Source: Botryllus schlosseri (taxonomy: Eukaryota). From it: 64,000 nucleotides of DNA. The stretch is taken from the NCBI GenBank assembly GCA_051294905.1, contig CM119372.1, positions 3,536,001 through 3,600,000 of the forward strand, written 5' to 3'. This document shows, piece after piece, positions 1 through 13,149 of this stretch. The notes beneath the pieces were generated by a model. It was not told the DNA's origin. It worked only from the letters and a program-made list of their open reading frames with translations, and did no database searches. Positions within the stretch are counted from its first letter, which is position 1, and every line of letters starts with the position of its first letter. Both the position numbers and the translations under genes were made by a program.

Positions 1-201
1 TACTTGATTAGTCAGATTATGGGATTAGCTTAAATCTTGTCTATAATTGATTTGCTTATAGCACTTTCTAAATTGACTGATATCAATAAGCAGGTATTGG
101 AGTGAGCCCAGACTTACATCCATCCACATCATGTAGCCAACTTACAAAATCACAGCATGCATATCTTTGACCAACGCAGAATGGCATTTGACGCTGTGGA
201 T

Positions 202-434
202 CAGCGTTTCTCAAACTTTTACATAAAATCAAGAAACGTATTTTGACAATAAAGCACGCGAAGCTCGACTAAAATTTAAAATTGAACAATTCTCCACCAA
301 AATAGTCTACTTTATGTTGATTTGTTTCCTGAAATTTATTTATGGTTGGAAATTTTATGGATCGTTCAAATTTTTTTAGAAAATGCTTGGTAATCCTAAA
401 AAATGTCTCGCGGACCCCAGTTTGAGAACCCCTG
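202..434. mobile_element. hAT (Charlie-like) MITE
   Basis: Ends CAGCGTTTCTCAAAC...TTTGAGAACCCCTG; flanks ctgtggat/ctgtatat (6 of 8 match). Confidence 0.65.
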
Positions 435-977
435 CTGTATATAAATGGAATTTCAATATTATTTACTATAGGCCTACTTGTGATATGGGGACGTACTGCC
501 TACTGGCTACAACAATCTCACCGAAAAAAATTACGCAAATCAACCACTACTTTCTACCTGAAAAAATGCGGAAAATTACTATGTCACAAATTTCGACATC
601 GAAAATTATAAAAATCTCAAATCTACAAATAAAAACATGTAAGCACGTAAAAATCTGTTAGGAAAAAGTAAAAATTCAAGACCAAAATAGCCTACATAAA
701 ACACCTGCAACCAAACTGTCATGAATAAACAGGCAATGTAAAATCGGACCTCAAGAGTGAATACTTTCAAGTATTCCGGAAGTTGCGCATTGAAGATTGA
801 CTCAATTACTGTTTAAGTACAGGCACAAACCAACATCGTACCATTGATGTGCCAACATTAAGCGTCACACCTCAATAACGTTAAAAGAATCTGCACTTGA
901 GGAATAAAACACAACAAACGGGAGCCGATGGACAGATTGTGCCAACGAGTTGCAGACAAGTAAAATATATTTCTCAC

Positions 978-1037
978 CTTCCGATACACTTGCCTTCGCA
1001 GGTATCGCGGACCGTCTTCCGGAAGAAGAATGGGTCG
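978..1037 (-). CDS. CLASP: CLASP linker exon (THSSSGRRSAIPAKASVSE)
   Basis: 60-nt phase 1-1 exon, ttttcag acceptor, gtgag donor. Confidence 0.65.
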
Positions 1038-4000
1038 CTGAAAATACCGTAAAAATCAACATGGCAAATTGGCAATGTCTCAATCAAGCCATGGATCTCA
1101 TCCTGACTGCTGGAAACGAGATATTTCTAGTTGTCTAATTATATAATTTGAGCGAAATACCGGTGGTAATCTAATTCTAATCGAAACTGTGAATGCTTCA
1201 ATTAAAATTATACTTTCTAGTTCCAGTAAAATTGCTTCAGGGGAACTGTATAGTGAGAAAGGGGCCAAGATTGGTGCACAGACATTCTCACAAGCATGGG
1301 AATGAAATCTCAAGTTTTTGCGAATTCGTTAATTCTAATTGTAATCTAATGTGAAAAAAATGTAGCTAAAATTCTATTACTAATCGAATTTGGAAAAGTT
1401 GAAAAATCTACCCGTGATCTAAATTACTGAGTCCACAGTCCACACAACAACTGTCGAATAATGTCTATATTACATCGAGCCCACATTATTGCAGAGCGAA
1501 TCTGCTGTTGATACCAAATTTGCAAATTCATGCCACGACAAAATCGTCGGGCCAATATTAAAATTGATTGTTGAAATAAACTTGAGCATCACATGAATAT
1601 CCGGACCGATTTGGTTCAACAAATCACTGTCCGTCGACGTACAAAGTTAATGTTACAATGAATTGGTGAATTCATAGCTACAATAAAGAACAGGAATACC
1701 ATACCGTTGATAAACGAGTGTGGAATGATAACTTCAATCAAAAATATTAATATAAAAACAATATTCAACTTCCCAACACTGAAAAAACTAAAAACATCAT
1801 TGAATATCACCATCAACTCAGTCAGATTGTTTCAGGCCAGTTATATGCAGTGGAAATTATAGATTAGATATTTCGAAGAAGCAAAAAACACTGGAAGTCG
1901 ATAAATCCCTCTGGACAAACCTAATATCAAAGTTTGGGGTAGTGTACTGTACTACACATAATATTCTTATCTTCTTTCAATTGTTATTGGTTTTACAAAC
2001 AATCGAGGGTATGTGAAATAGACAAGGAAGTTCCTGGTAGTGTCACCTTCAGACCACACTACTCTAAATATCACTCAATAGCTTTCGACACGAAACTTCA
2101 TTGAGTAGGCCCTGTAGCATATGCACCTAGCTACATATATGGTAATCTCTATCAAGAGTGAAACTTTCAAGGTTATGAATTTAAAGACATTATTGAAAAC
2201 CTTACCTCTGCTTTCCATCGACGACGAAGCGCGTCCGGCAGCTGATGAGGTCCTGTGATTGTTGGGTACGTACGTTGTTGTGGGTGGCTTCATGTAACCC
2301 GACGTTGAGTTGACTGTGCTGCTGGCCATAGATCCCGAACCGAAGCTTCCAGAACTAGTCAATGAAGCTAACAAAAAACAGAAAGGGTTACACATGGCAG
2401 CTTTTGAAGTTAATTCTAGGTCAAAAATGAAGCCACACGCAAAACAGCTATTCTCGAACTCAAGTATTCTGTGGCCCCATTAATCCATGTTATAGTCATG
2501 TCCAGTGACCCATTGTCCTACCGCTCGAAGTCAGACCAAATACAAATCAATCAAGGAGGAAATAGTCAACGAAACAAGCTGCCATCACCAAATGAAGTAA
2601 CGGAATACTACTAACAAGCCAAGCGCTCTCAGAATCCAGTTGACATGTAACTTGTGATCACTAACATCAATTTCTTTCACAAGCTAGATGGAGATTTCAT
2701 GTACAATAGATATAATACAATATATGAATACCCGATCAACCCTTCTGGTTAAAAAGTATAGATGATGACGATGATGCTTGATTAAAACATTAAATACCAG
2801 TACCGAGAACGATATCTGTCATGCATGGGGCAATTTCCTGCAATGTGAAATTATAATTCTCGTTGATAAATGTACTGTGGCAAGGACCTCATAATTTGAA
2901 TACTTCCAAAAACTATCGATCATTACTCGACTCGAATCATTAGAATTAATACTCGGTTCAGAGTCCAGTACTCGAATCACTGTGCTCAGCCTTAGTTATA
3001 AATAGGAGAGTATGTAGTTAATGAACCAATTATAGGCCTAGTCCCCACATTACAAAATCACAACACTAACATAGTCAGATTCCGTACCTGTCTCATTACC
3101 GTCAACCTCCATCTCCCCAGATCTTTGAATATCGTCGAATAGATCCAAAACTTGCGCGAGGCTGAAATGGATATAGACACTCTGATATTCACATCAAACA
3201 TACACGCTACAAATATCGACGTACCGATTTTGCGGTAAGCCTCGTTTCATAATATCATTCCGAACTTTATCTCCGACGTGTCTGTAAATCTCACCGAGAG
3301 TTGAAAGCGCCGTGTCTCTCACCTGTGTTAAAGCGACAACGCTCACAATGAAGACGTTCATAGAAAAATGATCAGCAGATACTGTACCTGTCCGTTTGGA
3401 TCAGACAAGAGCTTGCATACGTGCGGTACTATTTTACTGAGTCCTAGCGATCTGGCACCGAATCTGCCGATGGTCGCGTTCAAGAGCTTGCAAACTCCTT
3501 CTCGCACGCGCCAGACTTTGTGTGTGAATACGGACGAGAGACGATCAAACACGAACTAGAAATAGGACAAGATGTAACTACGGTCCTTGATTCGTGACAA
3601 GGACTATTTGGTGGATATAATTCACTGTACGAAAGAGACCCTTGGAGCGGTCCGTGGACATATGAGCATGCGACATTACAGCATGCGAGACTTCGGCATG
3701 CGACAATTTGGCATGCGGCACATGAGCATGTGGGTTAAATTACGGGTTAGGGGTAGGTTAGGGTTGGATTTATGGTTGGGTTAGGGTTAGGGTTTAGGTT
3801 AGGCTAGGTTAGGTTAGGTTAGGTTAGGCTATGTTTCGGGTTAGGGTAAGTTTTTGGGTTATACAGTCACATGCTGAAGTGACGCATGCTGATGTGTTCC
3901 ATGCTGAACTGTCGTTTTCCATTGTGTCGCATGCTCATATGTCGGGCAACCCCTTGGAGCTGCAGAAATTCAATATACAATTGAATATTACATTCATATT

Positions 4001-7000
4001 GGAATATACCCGAAATATTTCTTGGATGACACTCGTCAGGGGAAATAGTCAACATCTGGTAGAGATTCCAAAAGACCTTCGTACATAGCTGTTGATATAC
4101 AAAATTACTTTGGAATATCTACTAGTTGCTGGCAATTCCAAAAACGAGTGTCAGTTGAAAATAAGCGGGTATATTTATATATGAATAGATCAAATTCAAT
4201 TGTGCATAAAAGTCTATTGAGGCCTTCTCATAACAAAATATTCTTATTCGAATAAACTCGAATTTTTTTGGCTGATAAGAACATCGTTTATCAATAATCG
4301 TATCACCAGATATGAAGTCACTGGCATGGACATCAAACAACCGAGGCAAAAAGATGGATCAAGTTGATACACAATGTTCTGTTTAATTCTCTACTAGTTG
4401 TTGAAGAGTACCCCTGATGAGTGTCAGCCGAAAATATTCCCGTTCTATATTACTATGAATATATTATCCGATTGTATACAAAACATAGTCGCATACCTCC
4501 AAGAGTCTACAATGCTCATTACGGTCTTTCTGAGTATGACTCCATATCAGTAGTACCAGAATAAAAACACATATAAGCCCATATGAGCAGTACCAGTTGA
4601 TTAATAAAATATATAAAAGCCCATACCGGCCATACGTGCTCCAAATGCGAATATCTACACTACAGATAGTACACAATAGCGCTGGAATGTTACCTGGGGA
4701 CTGGCAGATCCCTCCATAATATTTGTGAATAACGTGACACTGGCGCTGCGTACCTGCTCCTTTTGATCACCGAGACGGTCAATTAATGCATTATGTACTG
4801 AAAGTAAAATTATACAAATCGACAAATGTGAAGGATTCAACGCACTTTCATCAATCATACCATGGGATTGAAATAAAGAGCAGGTGTAGCGTACCAAAGT
4901 CAATACATTATACAGAGTTTTATTGACAATGTTTACAGTTGAGCATACCGCAACCATAAAAAACGATAGGTGCAGCCAGCAGTCGTAAGGAAGTGTCAAA
5001 CACATTTGTTGAAAATCAATTCACAGGAAAGAGCATCAAGCAAGGTTTATGTGATGACTCTCTTGTCAATATTATGCTGCGCCTGGTGACAAATGCGCGC
5101 AAATTATCACTCCACAGTTTGTTTAATTGTGAAATCAATTGGCACCTTCGGCAACAACCCAATCCTACCAACTCGCATTGGTATTAGTCTTGACAGTTCA
5201 AAGATTACACACAAGAAGAAACATGGAAATAGTACCTGAATTGTAATATAACTGAAAATCTTCTTGTAACCTTTCCACCAATAAACTTATGATGTCCAGA
5301 CCCAATAAAGCAACCTAAACAGATGATAAGAACAACCATTAACCCAATAAGGCCTACAAGACGGAAAGTTTTGCAAACGTGAATAGAAAGCTTAACATTG
5401 TGAAAGTAGACATAATCAACTTTATTGCTAAATGATTCCATTAATACAACAATATTCATTTATTTGCATCAACAGGCCAACTAACAACAGCGGGGAATGC
5501 ACAACCAATTACTTTCAAGTGGGATTCAAAAAATGCTTTTAAAAAATTCAAACTATACGAGTACTCAATTCTGATATTCACCTTAAAATTACTGGATGCA
5601 ACCCAGTAAGTTGCAAGCGCATCCACTATACGGTCGATATTATCCCATTTGATATCCTCCAAGTTGTTCAAGTATTCCATTAGTTTCGTTCCATTTTCCA
5701 TACGTTTCAGCATGTCCTAAAATGCAAATAAATGTACATAATTACAATTGATTGATTCCAAAATATATTCTATTCAACTTATTGCTACAATTTTCATCAT
5801 TTCAATACACCACAAGACTATGATACAATGTCCGACCAATCATGAAAATTAGAGGCCAATTGGAATTGTGGTCAACATTCTGATAGGAATTAAAATGACT
5901 AATTGAAATAAATATATACCAAGTAAAATTCTTAGACATATCATTCAATTATAGTAGTGTGGGAGCTAGGCTATTTAATATGTCAAGCGAGCCATGTTTA
6001 CAGTTAATGCAACAATACAATAAGCCAGAATATAGTTGACTAGCAAGTTTGAACCAAACAAGTTACACAAGGACAGTACTGAGACATTTTATTCTTTGGC
6101 ATTTATATATACAACATCATTGATACAGGACGTTTCATCAGCCAGCAATGTTTATGACCGCAAAAACCAATTTTGACAGAAGAGTTTTCAGTAATTTCAC
6201 TCGAGCAACTTTTAAATAAAGTGCTTGGGTTATGGGTTCTAGGCTAACTCATGTTAGGAATTGACTTTGAGTTAGGAAATTAATTTGTAATTAAACAGTT
6301 GGCTTGGATCATGACATGATGTCACAAGGCAATGGGTAAAGAGAGACAGTTTTTATTGAGCAAAAAAATACATTCAAAAACAAAATACATGTTGCAGCGA
6401 TACGGTTCCTTAGGGACCATCTAGTCAGCTGCAGCGATGGAGTACAAAAATCGTCTTTTAATAGAGTCTCGCGTCAAGAATAAATTAAAAACAGGTAGAA
6501 CAGTGGTAAGTTGGAACAACAACAGAGTAACAGGCAACAATAATTAAGAAGTAAACTAAAGAATGAAATGCAATGAAAACAACAAATAAATAGAAGATGG
6601 ATAAATGTACAGAGTTGTCAGTTCAAATTCTAAAAAAGAAACAATTTGGCAACGTAAGATTATCAAATCCAATATACGGCAATTACAATGCAAATCTAAC
6701 TAACTTCAATATGACAAGAGTAAATGAGATTTAAATTCGCGACAAAAGGCTGAAAAAGACATTTCCCCCAGGGCTAAAGGAATGTCATTCCATATTTTTG
6801 GTCCATGATATATGATTGATCTGCGGCACTTACTATTCGTCACACGAGATACAAATAATTTTTTTGAAGTCGAAGACCGAGTACGGTGTGTATGTACGAC
6901 ACTAGATGGCGTGAACTTGGATAGTTATGATGAGCAACTTTCATTGATCATGGTATGGGAATATTGTTCAAATGATGGCATTCAACATAGTGAATAAAAC

Positions 7001-7337
7001 TTTGCAGATTAATAATAAGCCATTCTATATCAAGTTAAAGCAATAAATACAAAACATAAATATACCATTATTGTTTGCAATATTATGCATATTATTCAAT
7101 TGCATATAATATCACGGTCACAAACTTTACAATTCTATGAGTTAAATATATATATCATTCCACGGATGAAACGTCGCCGAATCATTGAATATTATTCAAG
7201 AACTTCACGAACTATAAGGTCCGAGCTACCAGTATCAGTACTAGAAAATGGAAGAAATGCAAGATCATGCTAAAATAAGTTCAAGTTCTTACCTGTTCCC
7301 TGACTAAAAGCAGGACTCTGTCTTGATCAAAATCCAT
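978..7337 (-). CDS. CLASP: CLIP-associating protein (CLASP), 5' portion: TOG1 domain and Ser-rich linker; spliced, continues leftward
   Basis: Phase-compatible GT-AG exons: 7337-7293, 5716-5582, 5314-5236, 4797-4694, 3555-3388, 3322-3225, 3161-3088, 2367-2206, 1037-978. Translation includes YWVASSNFKVALLGLDII, LIDRLGDQKEQVR, HKVWRVREGVC, LSKIVPHVCKLLSDPNGQVRDTALSTLGEIYRHVGDKVR, matching CLASP1/2 TOG1. Confidence 0.93.
2206..2367 (-). CDS. CLASP: CLASP Ser-rich linker exon
   Basis: 162-nt phase 1-1 exon, ag acceptor, gtaag donor. Confidence 0.8.
3088..3161 (-). CDS. CLASP: CLASP exon (LAQVLDLFDDIQRSGEM...)
   Basis: 74-nt exon bounded by ag/gt. Confidence 0.88.
3225..3322 (-). CDS. CLASP: CLASP exon (VRDTALSTLGEIYRHVGDKVR...)
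   Basis: 98-nt exon bounded by ag/gt. Confidence 0.92.
3388..3555 (-). CDS. CLASP: CLASP exon (FVFDRL...LSDPNGQ)
   Basis: 168-nt exon bounded by ag/gt. Confidence 0.92.
3649..3951. mobile_element. Mutator-like MITE with internal (GGTTA/GGGTTA)n tract
   Basis: GG...CC ends, imperfect TIR (GACATATGAGCATGCGACA / TGTCGCATGCTCATATGTC), perfect 9-bp TSD CCTTGGAGC. Confidence 0.8.
3970..4470. repeat. Inverted pair of Penelope-like terminal-repeat fragments with decayed hammerhead motifs
   Basis: About 3970-4100 and 4295-4470 are inverted homologues of each other and of 45122-45270; each carries CTGAYGAGTGTCA...GAAA...TC. Confidence 0.55.
4694..4797 (-). CDS. CLASP: CLASP exon (HNALIDRLGDQKEQVR...ASPQ)
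   Basis: 104-nt exon bounded by ag/gt. Confidence 0.9.
5236..5314 (-). CDS. CLASP: CLASP exon (VALLGLDIISLLVERLQEDF...)
   Basis: 79-nt exon bounded by ag/gt. Confidence 0.9.
5582..5716 (-). CDS. CLASP: CLASP exon (DMLKRMENG...YWVASSNFK)
   Basis: ttttag acceptor, gtgaat donor, 135 nt open. Confidence 0.9.
7293..7337 (-). CDS. CLASP: CLASP first coding exon (MDFDQDRVLLLVREQ)
   Basis: ATG at 7337, 15 codons, gtaag donor; phase 0 joins the exon at 5716. Confidence 0.75.
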
Positions 7338-7890
7338 ATCTTCGAGTTATGATTTCGGCGGTGTGAATCCAGACTCAGTTATCTTGCTTGTCGAGATATA
7401 TCCCACAAAATAGTGGCTACTTTTCAATTTAATAACAGTTGCATACCGGTGATGAATCTGTTGTAACTAAACTGTAGCCCCGAACAGAACATGGAGTTAA
7501 CAACTGCGCGAAAATCAACTTTGATGTTACGCAGCACAGGCTGTTATTCTCGCTATTGATTACACTATGTACAAATTCCCACTGCGGGACGTAAGTTACC
7601 GTAAACATATGACGGTAAAAGAAGTGGATTAAAAATCAAAATGCCAAGAATTATGCGGCAGTATAGGACTGCAATATAGGTTAGTGGCAAAGCCATAATG
7701 TGGTCGAAATTGGAGACCCGTGACAGAGACTGATAACCGCCTTGACATAGCAGTTATATTATACATTGCGCGACTGCCGCGACAAAACTCTCACTCAACA
7801 TCCACTTTTCAGTTGCTCCACACACAGCACCATCTGATGGTTGATACGATCGGCTCGACGCAGCATTCGGTAATTTTCGTTACAGTCAAA

Positions 7891-8151
7891 AGAGAGAGAG
7901 AGAGAGAGAGAGATATGATATTCTTTTTCGCCTGCACCATCGAGATGCTTTGACGACGGAGTTGCGATACGGCCCCATGAAGTCATCTAGTCTGCGCCCC
8001 CGTTTTTTTTTCTCCTCCATGCTATCCGTGATTGCTGAGCGCCTAGCAGGATAGCTGCGGATACCATTTTTCGAGTCTTTGGTATGACCCGGACCCACGA
8101 CCTACCGCTCGAGAAGCCGGAAGCATAACCATTACACTATCTCGCTCGGTC
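7891..8151 (-). mobile_element. tRNA-derived SINE with (TC)n tail
   Basis: Reverse strand starts GACCGAGCGAGATAGTGTAATGG (A box) and ends in (TC)n; near-identical to 23878-24139; B box partly deleted here. Confidence 0.85.
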
Positions 8152-8389
8152 AAAATGTTTGCATTATTGTCCGAGGAGCATCATTCGGATTCGGATAGGA
8201 TTCGGATCTGGTAAATTTTACTGAGCTATATAAACATTTGCGCAATGTTGTGGCGGTGGGGTTATGGTTACGAATTCTAACTCAGCTTTTCTTACGGATA
8301 GTTTCGGACAGTTTTAACCAGAAGTGAGGGTTGAATTGAATGCAATCCATCACGGACAGTGGACACTGGACACCAGTATCAGAATCAGC

Positions 8390-8528
8390 TTATTATTATT
8401 TTCATAATTTCAAAACACCATAAAACACCGATAAACAGAGACGATAGGAAGGTATCGAAACGATCAGGAGTAGTCTTTGAAATCAGACACACACCTGGGC
8501 CCATGCGATGTAAAAATAGACATGCACA
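8390..8528 (-). mobile_element. CR1/L2-like LINE 3'UTR fragment
   Basis: Reverse-complement similarity to the 3'UTR at 62190-62335; related pieces at 32120-32212/33431-33555, 34715-34845 and 57060-57225. Confidence 0.55.
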
Positions 8529-8529
8529 C

Positions 8530-8668
8530 AATTACAATTACAATTACTTCATTGCATGTTTAATTACATTACAATTACAATTACTCAATGCTACAAAATA
8601 TCAAATTACAATTACAATAACAATTACTGTTAAACATTTAATCATTACAATTACGATTACAATTACTG
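8530..8668. repeat. (AATTAC)n tandem array
   Basis: Repeated caattac units. Confidence 0.8.
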
Positions 8669-8813
8669 TCAATAATATATATACAATGATTGGAAACTGC
8701 CACGCCCCTTAACGCTATAAGATAAGTTCGCGGCGAAATCAGTCCGTCGCGGGATATGCTTGAGCGGAGGTACGGAATTGCGTTATATATCATTGGTTAT
8801 ATCGACTGTGGTG

Positions 8814-9065
8814 CAGAGATGAGCGGATTCCCAAATTTCGGGATCCGAATCACTTCGGAGTCCGAAAAATCCGGCTGGTGAAGGTCCAGTTCGAAATCCG
8901 AAAAAATCCTGCCAGAGCAATGCTAATTAATCATATTGCAGCAAAAATCCGGCTAAAATCCGACCCTCACCGCAATTTCAAAATCCGGATCCAGTCCGAC
9001 CAGGTACAAAATCAATGAAATCCTGCTCCGGCTGTGGCTCCTGAACCGGACTGTGCCCATCTCTG
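8814..9065. mobile_element. hAT MITE with ATCCG subterminal motifs
   Basis: CAGAGATGAGC...GCCCATCTCTG; perfect 8-bp TSD CTGTGGTG. Confidence 0.85.
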
Positions 9066-10078
9066 CTGTGGTGGAGTGCTGCAATCGACCTTGCTGGAGT
9101 AATATTTCAGTGATTTTCCCTTTTTTACTTTAATTTTAGTTGGTTTCGTGAGCATAGTGAGGCAGTACTGCCTAAGTAAGCCACATTTTTTAGCCTCCTC
9201 CCGCCCAAATAAACACTGATCTTGAACTTACTATATGCAGGACCGTAACTGCCGCATCCCAAACCCAAGCTCGAAGTGGGCCCAAAATTATTTCGTGAAT
9301 TAGAATAAACGACAGGGTATTTTTTGAAAATTTATGTAATTCTTTTAAACATTTTCCGCGCTAGGCGCCATTTCAAGTAGCCAAATGTCATGATTTTTGG
9401 GTACTCTTACCCAAGAAAACATACGCAAGATTTACAGAAATGGGCGTGTCGGCATTGGTCATTACCGCGCCACGATTTACCAAGACATATAAAGTTTTAG
9501 GCCATGTAACATGCGACTCCAAGAAGTGTTGCCAGAACGATCGGCAGCGAGAAAACATGGGCCGAAAAGGACTGCCCTTATGCTGACCGAAAACGTCGTT
9601 ATATATACAAAATACAAATAGGTTTAATTGTCCATATGCGCCTAAATGACTGGCGTCGAATGTTCCTGTCTTCGCAATCACAAGACAAACCATCCCGCGG
9701 GGAAAAATTATGCCAGTAAAGAAATACTAATTTGAAATCGTGTGCGCCTTTTAGTTTAGTAGCCTACGTTTGGGAGATTCTATATTTTTGATAGCAGACA
9801 GGAGGTCACGAAATAGCATCATGTTACGAAGTCATACCAACAGGCCTTACAGTTTCCAAGACACCTCACTCAGCTCTACCGGTAAATCATGATTACGTGA
9901 GCTGAAAGGACATAGAAATTAATAGCAGTATGCAATTCCCTATCTTATTGATCGATTTTATCATGAATTATCGAAAATTTTCGCGCTTGGCGCTGGCTCA
10001 CTGAACAGTACGGCTGATTTCGTGGCAAGCGAACAACGTGATTGGGGGTATGTTTATCACCCTATGGTAGCCCAAGAC

Positions 10079-10473
10079 CAATGTTCCCTCTAAGCTGCGC
10101 ACGTGCGCAAATGCGCAGTACTTTCACGGTCTCTGCGCACAGAAAATCCAAGTTGCGCACAAAAAATCCGAAGTGATGACCTTTTTTCTAGTCGTTGCGC
10201 ACTGTTTTCCAAGGGTCTGCGCAGTGAGTTGGTGAGTGTGCGCATACCCGTCAAAAATTAGAGGGAACATTGCCCAAGACCAATGTTCCCTCTAAGCTGC
10301 GCACGTGCGCGAATGCGCAGTGCTGACTCGGTATCTGCGCACAGAAATTCCAAGTTATGCACAAAAAATCCGAAGCGATGACCTTTTTTTATTCGATACG
10401 CACTGTTGTCCAAGGGTCTGCGCAGTAAGTTGGTGAGTGTGCGCAAACTCGTCAAAAATTAGAGGGAACGTTG
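10079..10473. mobile_element. Tandem dimer of ~194-bp hAT MITEs
   Basis: TIR CAATGTTCCCTCTAA; copies 10079-10272 and 10281-10473 flanked and separated by CCCAAGAC / CCCAAGAC / GCCAAGAC. Confidence 0.88.
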
Positions 10474-11280
10474 GCCAAGACCCAATTTTGTTTGGGATGG
10501 CGGCCTGCATAGTATTTCGAATTGGTCCATGATTCTGTGTATTATTTTTCTTTTCGTTTGTTAGTTAATTTTATTTTTAGTTATTAGTTATCGACTATGA
10601 AAATTGTTCCTGTTCTGGGTGGCTCGGCTCAGAAGACTTTGTCATATCGACTTTAACGAAATATATTGGTATAACGCCATTTTAATAATATTCAATAAGG
10701 AGTTGGTAAACCTTACGTAATTCCCTGAACTGAGACCTGATAAGACCTTTGTGAGTCGTATATTTTGTCGTGTGAACGTAGATAACAAAGTATGAAATCG
10801 TACGATGTTTTGGTGTATAAACTCCCTCGTGGCTATGAGAGATATGTGCAGGTAATGCCACGGAGAGATATTTATTCATTCTATTCATTATTCGCTGGTT
10901 CGGAAGTCCGTTGCATTGCCGTACGTGATTCAATAAAAGTTACAAGTCGTGGAGACAGAAACAAAATACATTCGTCAGTGTGATCCATCGAATACGTGTG
11001 CAATAGACACTAGACAGGTCGTGGTACGTCGGCCAACAAGGCCGTACGGCGCGTGGTTACGCCGGTCGTCGAACGCAAGGGAACACGCAGCGAATTGTAA
11101 ACGCAACCTTCTGGAGTCAATAGGCCTTTTGCAGGACTTCGATCACGTGACTAGATACGCATAGCAACCACAAATTGGTTAGCAAGCTACTTTCTCGCGC
11201 ACCGGCGATTCCAGCGATGGCAGCGATGATAAAACAAACACTAACGCCCCGCCGACATCGCCTCGTCTGATATAGGCTTA

Positions 11281-11850
11281 AGCCCATTTACATGGCCGTT
11301 TGGGTCAGCTTCGAAGCTGACTCGTCAATCCGACTCTCTCGTTTTTGAAAAACAGAAAAAGGCAGACGGCTTCAATCCGTTCCGCAGAGTCGCTTGGAGA
11401 CGACTTGAACAGTACCGGTACTTGAAAACGAATCCAGACTACAGCAACATACCAACATTTCATGTTCATATGTCACGAAACCGGCACGTATTTCAAATGG
11501 GTGAATATGAAAGCTCTATCAGTACATGATACTGCTTTTATAATATGCACGTGGTCTTATTTGTTCAGCGTCACAACTTGTGGAGCGAGTACAGCCAACA
11601 ATATAACTTGCACAACTCACAATCAGAAAGAATATATATACGGCGTATTTGGTCATTCTAGAATTGTGTTGAAGGTATTTCTGGATATCTCAACTGCCGT
11701 AGCATATTCCCGAGCTGAATCCCATAGTGCTGTGTATCACTCGAGCTGCGATAAACATGACCATGTAAACTCGATCACTTTGGCAAACCGTTTCATGACG
11801 TCGCTCCAAGACGACTTGGCTTCAAGACGACTTGACCATGTAAATGGGCT
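11281..11850. mobile_element. PIF/Harbinger-like MITE nested in the left TIR
   Basis: TIR AGCCCATTTACATGG / CCATGTAAATGGGCT in a TTA/TAA context. Confidence 0.65.
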
Positions 11851-12416
11851 TAGTGCTAAATATCGCATAGTGTACTGTTGATTTCTGGTTGTAAACGTTT
11901 CGGAAATTTTTTGTAGAAGTCATCAGAGATTCACCTATGCTAGATGTCAATCCTGTACAAAGCATTTAGAATGATATCGTCAGAATTACGCAGAAATCCA
12001 TCGGTAACGTAGTCGTATTACGGTACTCAACTCTGATCATATGTACTTAAATTTATGCATTTGAAGTAAAGCGATTGGTTTATATTCTGGTAAGAGTATT
12101 TGTTAGTTCAAGCAGTACTATTTGTCTGTTGTGGAGCCTGATTTTGGATGGAAGATATGACTGAAGCAGCCGGGACCCGCAAGGATCAGGTTATACTGTC
12201 TGCTGGCGTGCTGCTATAAAACAAATGTCGCTGAACACATCGGAAGTATCTTTTGGGAGAACCTGCCATCAAGACTAAGCAAAGCAGTGCACTTATTGTT
12301 GCCTCATACAATGCCGATTTTATTAGCACTACTTCGCAGAGCGCACTAAGGGAAGTAACTATCAAATAACTCTTAGAGCAGCTCAAACGCAGTGACAAGA
12401 TCGGCCATCCTATACC

Positions 12417-12932
12417 CAGAGGTGGTCAACGTGGTCATTGTTGGGAACCGAGTAGAAGTAATGCCTTAATTTATACTCCAGTACAAGTAACACTAATTAT
12501 TTCCAGGACATGTCCAAAGTACTTCAAGTGGAAGTAGAAATGAATTTCTGAAAAGTAGTCAAGAAATTCGTTACATGAAGTAGATTTGGCTGAGGGTCAC
12601 TTAGTTTTAGAAATTGATGCCATGTGACAACTGTAAATATTACATGTTGCATCTTCTTGATCAACGCAAAAAGGTGATGACACCACAAATAGGTACAATT
12701 TTCAAAAATTAATTTAGTTACCGTGGTACTGGGGCTATTTTGCCCAGTTGTTATGACAACCTCGCGATTGAAGGGGATGCAAGCATGCGCCAAAGCTACT
12801 TTCTAGTTGACAAAATCCCAAACCTGACAAACAAGTACTACCTAAAAAGTGTCAAGTAGAAGTGGAAGTAGCCTAAACTCATAATGACGCTAGTACTCAG
12901 GTAAAATAGTACTTCGTTGCTGACCCCCTCTG
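12417..12932. mobile_element. hAT MITE, AGTA-rich family
   Basis: CAGAGGTGGTCA...TGACCCCCTCTG; same family as 35665-36616; no TSD retained. Confidence 0.65.
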
Positions 12933-13149
12933 TGTATTGGTTCAACCAACTCAGAAACATCCTCTAAAGACGACTATCATTGTTTCTTTTGCATTGACTC
13001 CGTAACATTCTGAACTTATGATATTCTTTGATTCATTGAATTTACAAATAAACTTGCAAAGAAGTGCAATTTATCAATTTTTGTGCATTCGATACCCAGA
13101 GCATAAGAAATAGTTGAAGAAAAATGCATGTTAACCTTATCAAGTTCAA

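Noticed and set aside
110..900. Further CLASP exons
   Set aside because: Candidate ag/gt segments near 870-896 and 116-140 do not give recognisable CLASP sequence.
3745..3847. Telomere
   Set aside because: Internal, mixed 5- and 6-mer units, inside a MITE with a TSD.
6125..6145. Hammerhead-like CTGATGAAACGTC on the minus strand
   Set aside because: No stem II and no separate GAAA, so the core is incomplete.
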